Shown one piece after another: positions 30,378 to 45,135 of a stretch of 64,000 nt of DNA. The notes beneath the pieces were generated by a model that saw only the letters and a program-made list of their open reading frames with translations, did no database searches and was not told where the DNA came from. This DNA is from Eledone cirrhosa (lineage: Eukaryota): assembly GCA_964016885.1 (NCBI GenBank), contig OZ024756.1, forward strand, positions 3,100,001-3,164,000, given 5' to 3'. Made by a program: the position numbers and the translations under genes. Position 1 is the first letter of the stretch, and every line of letters begins with the position of its first letter.

Positions 30378-31017
30378 GTTATATACATATATATATTCAT
30401 ATATATATATATGTATATATACGTATACATATATATATATATTTATATAATATTTATAAATTCATACATACATACATACATACAAACATACATCAACACA
30501 AATACATGCTATTGCGTACATAATTGACATATATACGCACACATCAAACGTGTGAGAAATAAAGACTTATAAAGTCGCGTTTGCACTCTCGGACTGACAC
30601 GTGATGTATGATTGTATTGACGATAGATCCTCTAGATAGTTACTGGAACTACGGCTAATATCAACTGAAATCTCCCTCAAATTACACCCTACCGTGATAA
30701 TTATGGAGGAAATATTCCATTAAAAAGAATGCATATCCTGGTAGCCGCTGTGTAACGGAAAGTCGTGTTTATATGAGCTAACGAGTTGTTTTCTACATAG
30801 TCCCGCGACCTGCTAATCATATTACACCTTGATGACTTTAAAAGGGGAAAACGGGGTCATATTGTATATATGTAGAATAAATGTGCCATTTTTGTGGGGT
30901 GGGCTCGTGACTGGTGATGGTTGAACAATCCTTGATAATATATTAACTTAATCAGGACTAACCACGAATCAATTTGAAAAATATTTCCAGTCATGTGGCA
31001 CAAATGCCGACGACGTA

Positions 31018-31122
<105 letters not shown>

Positions 31123-31179
31123 GTATATATACTCACACACACACACATGGACACACACACGGACACACACACCTATATA

Positions 31180-31215
<36 letters not shown>

Positions 31216-31272
31216 AATATATATATACATATATATATATATAAATATATATATACATATATATATATATAA

Positions 31273-31305
<33 letters not shown>

Positions 31306-31358
31306 AATATATATATACATATATATATATATAAATATATATATAAATATATATATAC

Positions 31359-31390
<32 letters not shown>

Positions 31391-31395
31391 GTATA

Positions 31396-32322
<927 letters not shown>

Positions 32323-32955
32323 TTCCAGCTCTGCGCACCTAACTTCTGCATGAACCCAGCCACCTAGCTGCTTTCTACTGCATATTGCACATTGAGCACA
32401 TGCCTTTACGCTTTGGCTTCTAACTAACTCACCAATCTCTCCTCTCATATCTCCTCTACTATCTCCATCCCTCTCTTATAAGTGCCCACCTACATATATT
32501 CCTATGGACTATGTGTAGGCTTCTACATAACCTGGATATTATTTTCCCAATTTGTAGAAAACTTATAATGAAACGATCGTTTGGAAAGGGAGATGTATTT
32601 TAATTATGTCTCATATAAAATAATACAACTGGCTATCCGCAAAATACGTATAGTTAGCACCCCAAACATATAATTGGGATTATACTAAGGTATATCCTAA
32701 TGTTTGCTGAGTGAGATGGAAGCCGGTCGGAGTATTGCTTAAAGCTTTCTCTGTTAATGTATTAAATATATATATATATATATATATATAACGAAGGAAA
32801 TGTGGTAAGGAACCAGGTGGACCATAACGCACCAAAGTACTCAATACTTAGGGTAGTAGAGTGGGTAATAGAAACGAGTAGGACCCCGACGGCTAATTCT
32901 TGACTCAGAATTAGCCGTCGAAACAGCTTGAGCTCAGCCGTCGGGGTACTACTCG

Positions 32956-33007
<52 letters not shown>

Positions 33008-33010
<3 letters not shown>

Positions 33011-33455
33011 GTGCGTGGCTGACTGGTTAGACAATTAGATTTACAATTGTGAGGTTGTGATTTGTTACCTCCATGAGCAAAAACACTTTATTTCACGTTG
33101 CTCCTTCTACCTGGCTTTGCGACCGACAGTTAGTATTAGCAATTGGAAAGACAAATGGAAACATTGTTTCCTCGGTCCGATTTTACGAGCTGCACTCCTA
33201 TCGTTAAACGAATGATGTCTGGAATCTTGCCGGTCGACTGAATATATATATATATATATCGACCTTCGTAAAATCAGACCGAGGAAACAATGTTCCCATT
33301 GGTCTTTCTAATTGCTAATACTATCTATCGGTCGCAACTCCAGGTAGAAGGAGCATGGATGAAATTAACATAACGCACCACCCTGTCCGCAAATCGAACT
33401 CACAACCTCACGATTGCAAGTCTAATTCACTAACCACTCAGCCACAAACCTTCAC
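33008..33455. mobile_element. Tail-to-tail inverted pair of a second tRNA-derived SINE family
   Basis: Box A TGGCTGAGTGGTTAG and box B GAGTTCGATT in the minus copy; related heads near 19770 (plus) and 43990 (minus). Confidence 0.65.
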
Positions 33456-33717
33456 TAAATATATATATATATATATATATCCGAATGTCATTGACGGCTG
33501 ATAGAAAAGAGTACTGAATACCGAAGTAGAGTTGAGTTTTATCTACAGAGTCAACAAAAAAATGTATACGCAATACATTTTGAGACACCGTGCATATATA
33601 TATATATATATATATAGCTTTAGTGATGTTATTACTGATGGTTCACATAAAATCACTTATATATATATAAACTTAAAGACACACATGTGTAGATATAATA
33701 TGAAATAATATAACATA

Positions 33718-34975
33718 ATTGTTTCTATTTTGGCACAAGGCCAGCAATTATCCCAATGTATTACTGGTACTTTATTTTATCGACCCCGTAAGGATGAATG
33801 GCAAAGTTAACCTCAGCGTGATTTGAACTCAGTTCGTAATGGGACGTAACTGTGCTGCAAAGTATGGCATCCGACCCTCTACCGATACTGCCAATCCACC
33901 GTCATATAATATAATATAATATAGTTGTTTCTACTTTTGGCACAAGGCCAGCAATTATACCAGTGCATTACTGGTTCTTTATGTTATCGACCCCGCAAGG
34001 ATGAAAGGCTAAGTTAACCTCTACGGGATTTGAACTCAGACCATAAAGGGCCGTAACTCTATACTGCAAAGCATGGCATCCGACACTCTACTGATACTGC
34101 CATTACTATAATAATTTCTACTATAGGCACAAGGCCAGTAATTTGGGGGGAGGGGAAAGTCGTTTAAGTCGACCCCAGTGCGTGACTGGTACTTTATTTC
34201 ATCGACCCCGTAAGGATGAAAGGCAAAGTTAACGCCGGCGGGATTTGAAGTCAGATTATAAAGGGGCGTAACTCTATGCTATGGCGTTCGATCCTCAACC
34301 GATACTGCCAATGCACCACCCTTAAAATAATTGTTTCTACTTTTGGTACAAGGCCAGCAATTACACAGTCAATTACTGGTACTTTATTTTATCGATCCCG
34401 TAATGATGAAAGGCAAAGTTAACCTCGGCGGGATTTGAACTCAGACCGTAAAGGGACGTAACTGTATGCTGCAAAGCATGGTGTACTACCCTCTACCGAT
34501 ACTGCCAACATGATATATTATAATTGTTTCTACTTTTGGCACAAGGCCAGCAATTGTCTCAGTGCATTACTGGTACTTTATTTTATCGACCCCTTAAGGA
34601 TGAAAGGCAAAGTTAACCTCGGCGGGATTTGAATTCAGAATGGAAAGGGCCGTAACTCTATGCGTCAAAGCATGGCGCCCGACCCTCTACCGATACTGCC
34701 AATCCACCGCCCTATATTAGGCACAAGGCCAGCAATTTTGCGGGATGGGAAAGTCGATGAAATCGACCCCATTACGTTACTGGTACTTTATTTTATCCAC
34801 CTAATTTCGGGACAAGGCCAGCAATTGTCTCAGTGCATTACTGGTACTTTATTTTATCGACCCCGTAAGGATGAAAGACAAAGTTAACCTCGGCGGGATT
34901 TGAACTCAGATCGTAAAGGGCCATGACTGTATGCTGAAAAAGCGTGGCGTCCGACCCTCTTCCGATACTGTTAAT
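33718..34975 (-). mobile_element. Cluster of about 7 head-to-tail SINE S1 copies
   Basis: GCACAAGGCCAG..ACTGGTACTTTATTT..ATCGACCCC units starting near 33718, 33925, 34113, 34330, 34523, 34718 and 34808. Confidence 0.9.
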
Positions 34976-35441
34976 ATGATATATTATAATAATTAAAAGA
35001 GGAATTACATGTCTGTATAATTTTCTAGTTCCTCCATTGAGGAATATAGGAAAAATGGTTGTGAAATGTATTGAGTGCAGGGTGTTCTGTCTATAACGAT
35101 GTCTAATGTTGCCAGTTTTAACGAATACACTCTGTCTGCGGAAGGTTTCTACTAAGACAGGATGTATTTTGAGAATATGTAGAATTAATTGAAACCTTTC
35201 TCACCTAGCTTTGGAGGAGGAAAACCACCAGGAAGTCTGTTTTCTACATTGCAGCTGATGTGCTTTATACATTACTGTATATACGGAGGGTTATGGAATT
35301 AGATAGATAAATAGACAGAGAGGCAGTCGGACAGGGTCAGACAGAGAGAGAGAGAGAGAGGGGAGAGAGGGGCGAAAGAAAGAGAGAGATGGAGAGCGAA
35401 ATAGAGTGGTGGAGACAGAAATAGAGAGAAAAGGGGAATAT

Positions 35442-35500
<59 letters not shown>

Positions 35501-35533
35501 AGAGAGAGAGAGATAGGATTATATATATATATG

Positions 35534-35618
<85 letters not shown>

Positions 35619-35701
35619 CTGTAGTAAATATTTGGTAGAAATATCCAAGGATAAGAACACAACATCCAGGACGGATTAAGTATAAATGTGACTGCTGCAT
35701 C

Positions 35702-35813
<112 letters not shown>

Positions 35814-35860
35814 CATACATACATATATATATATATATACATATATATATACATATATAA

Positions 35861-35898
<38 letters not shown>

Positions 35899-35902
<4 letters not shown>

Positions 35903-36426
35903 TATATATAATATATATTGTTATACTTTGGGAGGGTCATGTTGCCAATAAGAAACACACGCACCAGTTGCTTTCACTTCAATTTATTATAATAAATTTA
36001 TAAATTTAGGAATTTATAAATTTCCGGTTGGTTGGTTGGTTCCACAACCAGATGTTTGTTTATATATTGTCAAAGTTCTTTCGTCACACATTCTGTGACC
36101 TCTTCAGTGACTGGGGATCATTTTCTTTGTTTTGTGCCTCTTCTTTGTTCTGTCCTACGCCATCAAAACAAGATGGCGTAGGACAGAACAAAGGAGAGGC
36201 ACAAAAACAAAGAAAATAATACCCAGTCACTGAAGAGGTCACAGAACGTGTGACGAAAGAACTTTGAAAATATATAAACAACCATCTGGTTGTGGAACCA
36301 ACCAACCAACCAGAAATTTATAAATTCCTAAATTTATAATAATAAATTGAAGTAAAAGCAACTGGTGCGTGTGTTTCTTATTGGCAACATGTCTCTCCCA
36401 AAGTATAACAATATATATTATATATA

Positions 36427-36430
<4 letters not shown>
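35899..36430. mobile_element. About 530-bp palindrome of a PLE 3' end with two hammerheads (36069-36112 minus, 36225-36267 plus)
   Basis: AGTCA-CTGAAGA-GGTCACA..TGTGAC-GAAA-GAACT-T-TGA; arms match the 3' UTR of the PLE at 48280-48545; (TA)n on both sides. Confidence 0.88.
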
Positions 36431-36500
<70 letters not shown>

Positions 36501-36709
36501 TTATATAAGTGGAAGCTTAGTAAGATCGAAGCTTTTGCTGCGGCGAAGCAAAATCGACCCACAATTAGGAATGAGTAGCAAAGAACTCAATAAGGGTAGG
36601 TCCTTAGATTAATAATATACGATTAGATAGCTTGACAAACTAGAAATTGTGGCAGGCTAAACCCAACCATACAATACCAAAACAACGAAAAAAAAAATCA
36701 GGTTAGACA

Positions 36710-36759
<50 letters not shown>

Positions 36760-36934
36760 GTACGGCAACACTCATCTTTTTCCATTTCTCCGAGGGTTAT
36801 AAACCCCACTATCAGGCTAGACATTTCTTTAGCCTAAAATACGGTGAAAGCTTATAATTTCTAATTTCTATTTTCAAACTCGCGCACCGTTTCAAAAACA
36901 TACTCACATGTTTACGTTTATAATTTGCTTGTTC

Positions 36935-36966
<32 letters not shown>

Positions 36967-37051
36967 AAGAGGTAAACAGAAATAACAACACAATCGGTAC
37001 AGTATATGGAAGAGATATATTAGGTTACCGCTTGATATAGCAGGAAGAGGG

Positions 37052-37087
37052 TCTTAACGTTTCGGACGCTAGTTCTTCATCAGAAGA
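37052..37087 (-). ncRNA. Minimal PLE-type hammerhead
   Basis: TCTT-CTGATGA-AGAACTAGCGTCC-GAAA-CGT-T-AAGA with ACGT palindromic stem III. Confidence 0.75.
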
Positions 37088-37262
37088 AAGAATGAGAAAG
37101 AGAGAGAGAGCTTAAGAGGGGGGGGGGGGAGATTGGTCAATGACAGTAAAACTAGTGCGTAGTAAGAGAGACATACTAAACTAAGAAATAAAGACTGCAG
37201 CGTGAATTTTATTATCGAGAGCAAGAGAGTCTCTAATATTAGTGGGTAAATTAATTCAAGGG

Positions 37263-37383
37263 AGTCATATACACACATAGAAACGACAGAGTCTTATACA
37301 CATATAGAAACCACAGAGTCATATACACACATAGAAACGACAGAGTCTTATACACATATAGAAACCACAGAGTCATATACACA
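37263..37383. repeat. 27-bp tandem repeat with alternating A/B variants running into the gap
   Basis: ATATACACACATAGAAACGACAGAGTC alternates with TTATACACATATAGAAACCACAGAGTC. Confidence 0.85.
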
Positions 37384-37583
37384 NNNNNNNNNNNNNNNNN
37401 NNNNNNNNNNNNNNNNNNNNNNNNNNNNNNNNNNNNNNNNNNNNNNNNNNNNNNNNNNNNNNNNNNNNNNNNNNNNNNNNNNNNNNNNNNNNNNNNNNNN
37501 NNNNNNNNNNNNNNNNNNNNNNNNNNNNNNNNNNNNNNNNNNNNNNNNNNNNNNNNNNNNNNNNNNNNNNNNNNNNNNNNNNN
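37384..37583. other. Assembly gap (200 N)
   Basis: Run of n. Confidence 1.
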
Positions 37584-38099
37584 CTCTTTCTAGACCTCTC
37601 TAGTTCTCGCTCTCACCCTCTCTATCTCTCGCTAACTCTCTCTAGTTCTCTCTAGCTCTCTTTCTCTCACTCTAGCTCTCATTCTCTCTCTAGTCCTCTC
37701 TAGTTCTCTCTCTCACCCTCTCTATCTCTCGCTAACTCTCTCTAGTTCTCTCTAGCTCTCTCTCTCTCACTCTAGCTCTCATTCTCTCTCTAGCTCTCTC
37801 TAGTTCTCTCTCTCACCCTCTCTGTCTCTCGCTAACTCTCTCTAGTTCTCTCTAGTTCTCTCTATCTCTCTCTCTCTCTCTCACACTCAAGCTCTCATTC
37901 TCTCTCTAGCCCTCTCTAGTTCTCTCTCTCACCCTCTCTAACTTTCTCTAGTTCTCTCTAGTTCTCTCTAGTTCTCTCTAGCTCTCTCTCTCTCACTCTA
38001 GCTCTCATTCTCTCTCTAGCCCTGTCTAGTTCTCTCTCTCACCCTCTCTATATCTCGCTAACTCTCTCTAGTTCTCTCTAGGTCTCTCTACTTCTCTCT

Positions 38100-38165
<66 letters not shown>

Positions 38166-39301
38166 AGTTCTCATTCTCTCTCTAGCTCTCTCTAGTTCTC
38201 TCTCTCACCCTCTCTAACTTTCTCTAGTTCTCTCTAGTTCTCTCTAGCTCTCTCTTTCTCACTCTAGCTCTCATTATCTCTCTGGCCCTCTCTAGTTCTC
38301 TCTCTCACCCTCTCTATCCAACGCTAACTCTCTCTCTAGTTCTCTTTAGTTCTCTCTAGCTCTCTCTCTCTCAGTCTAGCTCTCATTCTCTCTCTAGCTC
38401 TCTCTAGTTCGCTCTCTCACCCTCTCTATCTCACGCTAACCCTCTCTAGTTCTCTCTCTCACCCACTCTATCTCTCGCTCTCTCTCTCTCTCTAGTTCTC
38501 TCTCTCACTCTCTAGTTGTCTCTAGTTCTCTCTCTCACTCTCTCTTCCTCTCTATCTCTCGCTAACTCTCTCAAGTTCTCTTTAGTTCTCTCTCTCTCTC
38601 TTTCTTTCTCTCTATCTATCTCACTCTCTCTTCCTCTCTATCTCTCGCTAACTCTCTCAAGTTCTCTTTAGTTCTCTCTCTCTCTCTCTTTCTTTCTCTC
38701 TATCTATCTCTCTCTCTCTAGCTCTCATTCTCTCTCTAGCTCTCTCTAGTTCTCTCTCTCACCCTCTCTATCTCTCGCTCTCTCTCTCTAACTCTCTCTA
38801 TTTCTTTCTCTCACTCTCTTTTTTCTCTCTCCCTCTCTATCTCTCGCTAACTTTCTCTAATTTTCTCTCTCTCTCTCTTTCTCTCTCTACCTCTGTATCC
38901 CTCTCTAACTCTCTCTAGTTCTGTCACTCTCTCTTTCTTTGCCTTCCCTCCTTTCTCTCTGTATCTCTCTTTAGCTCTCTCTATCTCTCTCTAGTTCTCT
39001 CTCTGTCTTTCTTTCTCTCTCTCTCTCTTTCGCTCTCGCTCTCTTTCGCTCTCGCTCTAGCTCTCACTCTCTCTCTAGCTCTTTCTAGCTCTCTCAAGCT
39101 CTCTCTAGTTCTTTCTCTCTCTCTCTTTCCCTCCCTCTCTAGCTCTCTATAGTTCTCTCTAGTTCTTTATCTCTCTCTCTCTTTCTTTCTTTCTCTCTCA
39201 CTCCCGCCCTCGCTCTAGCTCTCACTCTCTCTCTCTCTCTCTCTAGCTCTTTCTAGCTCTCTCAATCTCTCTAGTTCTTTCTCTCTCTTTCTATCTCTTT
39301 T

Positions 39302-39342
<41 letters not shown>

Positions 39343-39400
39343 TTCCTTCTCTCCCTCTCTCTCTTTCCTTCTCTCTAGCACCCCCCTCTCTCTCTCTCAT
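37584..39400. repeat. Complex CT-rich satellite punctuated by CTAG
   Basis: Recurrent TCTCTCTAG(T/C)TCTC motif with longer repeated blocks. Confidence 0.92.
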
Positions 39401-39799
39401 TATCCTTTTGTATGTGTCTATGTGTTATATCTAAAGCCAACACAATAGTGACGAGTTGCTAAAAGCCCAAACACTTCTCGTGGATGTAGTTATTGGTGCT
39501 AAGCAGACGATAGTTATAGTAAAAGGCAGTGTATGTGAGGTGAGAACGAGGAGATATGGGGAGTGTATGGGCAATTGAATGAGCAGACGACAAAGTGTTA
39601 GTGGCGGGTGAACAATTGAATGAAGCAGACGACACAGTGAGCGAAGGAAAATAAATACAAAAAACGAACCGAAAAAAAAAAAACGGGAAATGTGAAAGAC
39701 TAAGAGCAAAATAAAAGAAAATGAAATGAAATAAAATAAAAAAAACAAGAAAACTGCAATGACAAGCGTTAAATGACAAAGGAAGAAGAGAGAGTTGGG

Positions 39800-39859
<60 letters not shown>

Positions 39860-40086
39860 CTGTCAGAGCAAGGCTAGGAGGAGGAAGAGGAGGAGAAAGA
39901 GGAGAGAAAGAGTTTGTCAGAGCAAGGCTTGGAGAAGGAGGAGGAGGAGAAAGAGAGGGGGGGGGGGGTACAATTAATGGTTTTAAGCGTAAGAAAAAGA
40001 GAAGGACTATAATACAGACAGATGTTGATGTTTTGGTTCGGAGAAAGACGTTGATCTCCGACATCCGTCGACAACGACCGACTGAC

Positions 40087-40179
40087 CTTCGTGTATTGTC
40101 GGCCATGTTGTCCTGATCAACTATCTTCATTGCTTCAATTGCCTGTTATCGTATTTACTGCCACTAAACCAGAGAGAGG
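40087..40179 (-). CDS. Candidate host exon containing a start codon (MKIVDQDN-MADNTR)
   Basis: Acceptor TTCCTACCTTCAG, context CAACATGG, donor AAG|GTCAGT; phase 2 end is compatible with candidate exon 11663-11817. Confidence 0.3.
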
Positions 40180-40559
40180 CTGAAGGTAGGAACCGTGAGA
40201 TGGTGGTGGTGGTAGTTGTGTGTGTGTATGGGGGAGGGGGAGGGTCATATGTTTATGTATTTTTTAAATAACAAACGTACCTGGTTGAAATAAATACTAG
40301 GGTCAATATTTAAATTTATTCAAGACATTGACCCTACACAGGGTAGAACTCTTAAGGTTTCAGTTATTTCAAGGGCAGTGTTTGACTATTTTGCGAAAAA
40401 CTGCGACCCATGATGGACCAACATCACCGTCAGTAAGAACCGAAACTGTGCATGTTCTTTTCAACGGTTTATGGCCATGGATTCTTATTTTATTGCCAAT
40501 GTTAAAATATTACTCATGCTGCACGCATTTAACCCTCTTCTTTCGTTAAGTTCTATGTA

Positions 40560-41268
40560 TGTTCTTCTGGTTTTATAATTTCACAAAGTTTTACCAATAG
40601 AGAGAGAGTCGGTTTCTAACATAGACACAATACTCATTGGAATTTACACAACATCAACTAGGTAGATTTGTATGTATGCATGTGTAGATATTGATGTTAT
40701 TGTATGTGTGGATGTGTATGTTTTGAGTTGTATGTGTGAATGTGTATATGCTTTGTATCTGTACATGTGTATATGCAGTTATTAGACACAACATTTTTGG
40801 AAAGTTTTACATATTTTTACTGTTCCATTAATGGATTGTACTTGTAATTTCCTAACTAGTTGTGTTCTTTCTGTTTCTGTGAAGCCTAGCTTCTCAAGAT
40901 TTGTATTGAGGCCGTTACTAACATGCCCCAGTGCCCCAATAATCACAGGCATAAATCTGAAGGTGTAATCAGGGTGGAGTATCTGCATATTTCTCATCAG
41001 TTCTGCTTAAATATTCTCCTTTTCACTAATCTTTGATATTATATTGGCATCTGCTGGGCAGCTAATTTCCACTACTGTGTATGCTTTCTTCTCCCTGTCC
41101 CATATCATAACATCTGGTCTGTTATGCCTGCATTTTATAGGGGTTTTTACTGGAACATTCCACCAGTACTCTTTCATATTATGTACTTGGATGTCTTCCA
41201 CATTGCTGTAGCTTTTAATGTGTTTATTATCGGGGCTATCTTTTTTACGAACTGCATTGTACAGTGTT
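40560..41268 (-). mobile_element. 3' fragment of a non-LTR element with restriction-like endonuclease (R4/Dong- or NeSL-like)
   Basis: WWNVPVKT..HNRPDVMIWD...VVEISCP...K..EK..(stop in place of Y)..PVIIGALG, a PD-(D/E)xK RLE pattern. Confidence 0.8.
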
Positions 41269-41384
41269 TTATGTATGTATGTATGTATGTATGTATGTAT
41301 GTATGTATGTATGTATGTATGTATGTATGTATGTATGTATGTATGTATGTATGTATGTATGTATATATGTATGTATGTATGTCA

Positions 41385-41985
41385 GGTCACCAGTTGGTGC
41401 TACTCGTAACATGTATCCCAGTACAACCTGTCTCATGGTCGGGTCGTTGGCGACTAAACTGACAACCCCATCAAGGTTTCTTGGTGAAGAGGGTGACTTT
41501 GGACATCCTGCAGGACTAAAAACAAAACCTGTCAAAGGGCAAAGGAGCTCTTAAGAGTCAATGGCCATCCAAAATCACCTGGAGAGATGACCCCTTAGCA
41601 TTTGTCAAGGCAGAATTATAGGAGAAGGAAAACTCTGATATAACACCTGCAACTCTGATGGTATCCAATGATGTTGACATGTTCTTCTTTTTGGTAAATA
41701 TCGTCTTGGTAAAGAGAGTGGGACTGGCTTTGTGCAGTGTCTTTGCTCACTATAAAAACTTCAGGGCACAGGCATTGCTTTGTATCTGGAGATCTCTCTG
41801 CACTTGTCGTCACATGGTACCATCGGGCCCAGCACTATGTGTCAATAATTGTCACAAGTGTAGTGTTTGTACCAGAGTTTTCAAGTCGCTGGCTGGACTA
41901 AAACGTCACTTGTTCAACGCATCAGTAGGGGTTCTCCTACATGGATATAAAGTAGTGGCCGTACTCGAAAACGAGTTGGCAGCCT
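41385..41985 (+). mobile_element. Internally deleted RTE-like element (5' UTR-like part joined to 3' end with C2H2 motif) within (TATG)n
   Basis: GGAGAAGGAAAACTCTGA resembles RTE 5' UTRs from memory; CSVCTRVFKSLAGLKRH zinc-finger-like motif; (TATG)n on both sides. Confidence 0.5.
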
Positions 41986-42022
41986 GTATGTATGTATGTA
42001 TATATGTTTGTATGTTTGTATG

Positions 42023-42690
42023 TTAGAGGAAGTTTCAGAAGCTGTCTTGAAGCTGAACAGTGGCAGGTTTCCAGGTATGTATGGCATACATGCAGAGCTC
42101 TTACAATACGGTGGTGAAAAACTTTTGCGACATCTTCACACTTTGTTTGGCAGGATATGGACTAGTGAATCCGTACCTGAGGACTGGAGGGATGCAGTAA
42201 TGGTAGTCTTGTACAAAGGAAAGAGTAACAAAAATGATTGTGGAAACTACAGAGGTATATCATTGCTTTCTGTCGTAGGAAATAATTATGTAGGATGCTT
42301 CAGGACCGACTTCTGACACACATTGTAGATTGTGTTCTTCCTGAAAATCAATCTGGTTTTCCTGCTGGACGCGGCACTACTGATATGATCTTCTCAGCTA
42401 GACAGTTCCAGGAGAAGTGCATGTAACAAGGTTTGGATCTGTATCAGGTTTCTGTTGATCTGTCCAAAGCTTTCGATACTCTTAACAGAAATGCATTGTG
42501 GAAGGTTCTCTAGAAACTTTGTTGCTCTTATAAGTTCCTTGCTTTGGTTAGGTCTTTCCATGATGGAATGAAGTCTTTTGTTAATATCAGAGGTAACATG
42601 TCAGAGCTTCTCTCAGTGAAAAATGGAGTGAAACAGGGGGATATTCCAGCACCGACCCTATTTGCCATACTTTGCGAGGCTTTTTTAAAT
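42023..42690 (+). mobile_element. RTE-type LINE RT N-terminal pseudogene fragment
   Basis: GIHAELLQYGG, VPEDWRDA..LYKGK..DCGNYRGISLLSVVG, DLSKAFD, NGVKQG..PAPTLF with stops and frameshifts. Confidence 0.88.
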
Positions 42691-43363
42691 TGCATATAAT
42701 GAATTTTACACATTATATTGTTTCTACCTTTGGCACAAGGCCAGCAATCATTCCAGTGTATTACTGGTACTTTATTTTATCGATCCCGTAAAAAATGAAA
42801 GGCAAAGTTAACCTCGGCGGGATTTGAACTCAGACCATAAAGGGCCGTAACTCTTTGCTGAAAAGCATGGCGTCACATTATATGGTGAGTTAACTTGTTA
42901 CTTACAAAAGCATAGATTTTCGAGATTTCTAGATAAAACAATTAACTGCAACTATGATTTAAAGGTTATTCGAATTCATTTTACTAATTTCACTAGTAAA
43001 TTCTAAGGTTATTTTCATACTTTTACTAATTTCATTCATTTGGCTGTGGTCATACTGGGTCAGTGCCTTAATATAATATTCAAATTTAAATAAAATATAG
43101 AATATCCTGAGCCAGCATAAAAATAGTTCCCTCGTCAGAATTTAACCTTGGGCTACTAACTCCTAACAAGCATGTAGTGGTGCTGTCGTGGTATATGGGA
43201 TACGTATGCAGTTAAAACCTGCTGGAGCACACACGTCACCCTGACAGAGCAAAGCCGATTTCTCCCAGAGAGGGGCAGTAGTGTAAGAGTGATAGACAGA
43301 TATAAGTTCTTTTTCCGTCTATTTTATATGCTATTTTATAGTATCTCACTGAATAAACATACC

Positions 43364-43436
<73 letters not shown>

Positions 43437-43546
43437 GTGAGGTTTTTTTTACAAAATGAAAAATAACCGAGGTGTCCTACACGAGTGGAAGTATAAAGAA
43501 AAAGGGATGAAATCGAAAAAAACCACAGACCCTCCATCTCAACTCA

Positions 43547-43584
43547 CCTTTTGAAAAGCAGAAGAACTGCGAAACCGGTAAAGG
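43547..43584 (+). ncRNA. Hammerhead, U3-A8 core variant
   Basis: CCTT-TTGAAAA-GCAGAAGAACTGC-GAAA-CCGGT-A-AAGG; second copy at 45609-45646 (minus), diverged relative at 46080-46115. Confidence 0.75.
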
Positions 43585-43653
43585 AACCAAATAAATATAT
43601 ATATTTTTAAAAAAAATAAGACTTCAGTTGCATTTTCGATTTCATCCCTTTTT

Positions 43654-43729
<76 letters not shown>

Positions 43730-43730
<1 letters not shown>

Positions 43731-43993
43731 AAAGTCTGTCTTAAGCCAGAAGGCTCATTTGGCCGGTTTCATGGCATGAAGTGACTGAGGGTACAAGACC
43801 ACCCTTCCCCTAGATTGCACGCCAGTCCATCATACGGTGAAACCCCCAGCTATTGCTGGTATTCGTTTTCAGCTGAGTATACTGGAGCAACGAGAAACGA
43901 AGTGTTTTGCTCAAGAACACAACATGCAGCCCAGGAATCGAGCCCACGACATTATGATCGTAAGTCCAACACCCTTACCACGTGCCTCCACCA
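43730..43993 (-). mobile_element. tRNA-derived SINE (second family or relative)
   Basis: Minus head GGAGGCACGTGGTAAGGGTGTTGGACTTACGATC..GGCTCGATTCC then GTTCTTGAGCAAAACACTT. Confidence 0.6.
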
Positions 43994-43998
43994 TAAAC

Positions 43999-44078
<80 letters not shown>

Positions 44079-44487
44079 GCGTATGCGTGTGCGTCTATGT
44101 GCGTCTGTATATAGAGAGATAGATATATATATATAGAGAGAGAGATATGTACATATATATATATATATAAAAACATACATATATAATATCGGATGTGGTT
44201 AACGGACGAGAGAAAAGGGAACTGAATACAAGATGTAGAGTATAAATATCCACTTCATTAAGGCTAAATAGTGAAAATTGTTACTCTGGAGTTTCACAAG
44301 ACATATGAGAAGCAGGTGAAAATCTAGAGTAACGAGAATCCCTATTTAGCCTTAATAAAATGGATATATGTAAAAGTATACATACATACATATACATATA
44401 TATGTGTGTGTGTGTGTGTATTTGTATAAGCCCAATACTCTCACCACTAAGCCATGCGTCTTCACTATATATATATATATATATATT

Positions 44488-45077
44488 ATCTCCTGTGATT
44501 ATTCATGTTTATTTATATGTTAATCAATTTCTAGTTATTATAAAATACTCGGACCTATTCGTTAGAATCTTAGAGTTTATTTTGCGGGTGATCTGGTGCA
44601 TGTCTTTCTGGATTGACACCCATAATTTTGATTATCTTAATTTTGGATATAGATATATAAATACGGCTCCTTAATTGTAGAGCTAACTCTGTTGAAAGGA
44701 TTTGACTGCTGTTTCTAGTTGTCGATAACCCTATTCACGCCACTGTGACGAAGCTGGTATGATGTGTGTATTTCTAGTAGATACAGCACGTGTTGCTGGC
44801 CAGTCGCTGATTTGAACTTGAAGTGTAAACATAGATCGCTGGGCTTCTTGTTGAAAATCCAAGTACCGGCCTCCATGGTTTACCATTCGATTAATTGGTG
44901 AAATATTTTTCTTTAATGGAATATGTACAGGGAAGATTAATCATAATATAAGGTATCTATTTTTGAAGTTCTGGTTAACTTTATTTAGTTACCTACCTAG
45001 CTATGTGTGCTTACACACTTGTAAAAATGATCTCCTGTGATTATTCATGTTTATTTATATGTTAATCAATTTCTAGT

Positions 45078-45085
<8 letters not shown>
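44488..45085 (+). mobile_element. 542-bp terminally redundant element with U3-A8 hammerhead (44845-44933)
   Basis: About 55 bp at 44488 repeats at 45030; TTCTTG-TTGAAAA-TCCAA..TTGGT-GAAA-TATTTTTC..GGAATATGT-A-CAGGGA; (TA)n on both sides. Confidence 0.65.

Positions 45086-45135
<50 letters not shown>

Noticed and set aside
34990-35295. Unique-looking island as exon or LINE endonuclease fragment
   Set aside because: No recognisable motif or convincing pair of splice sites.
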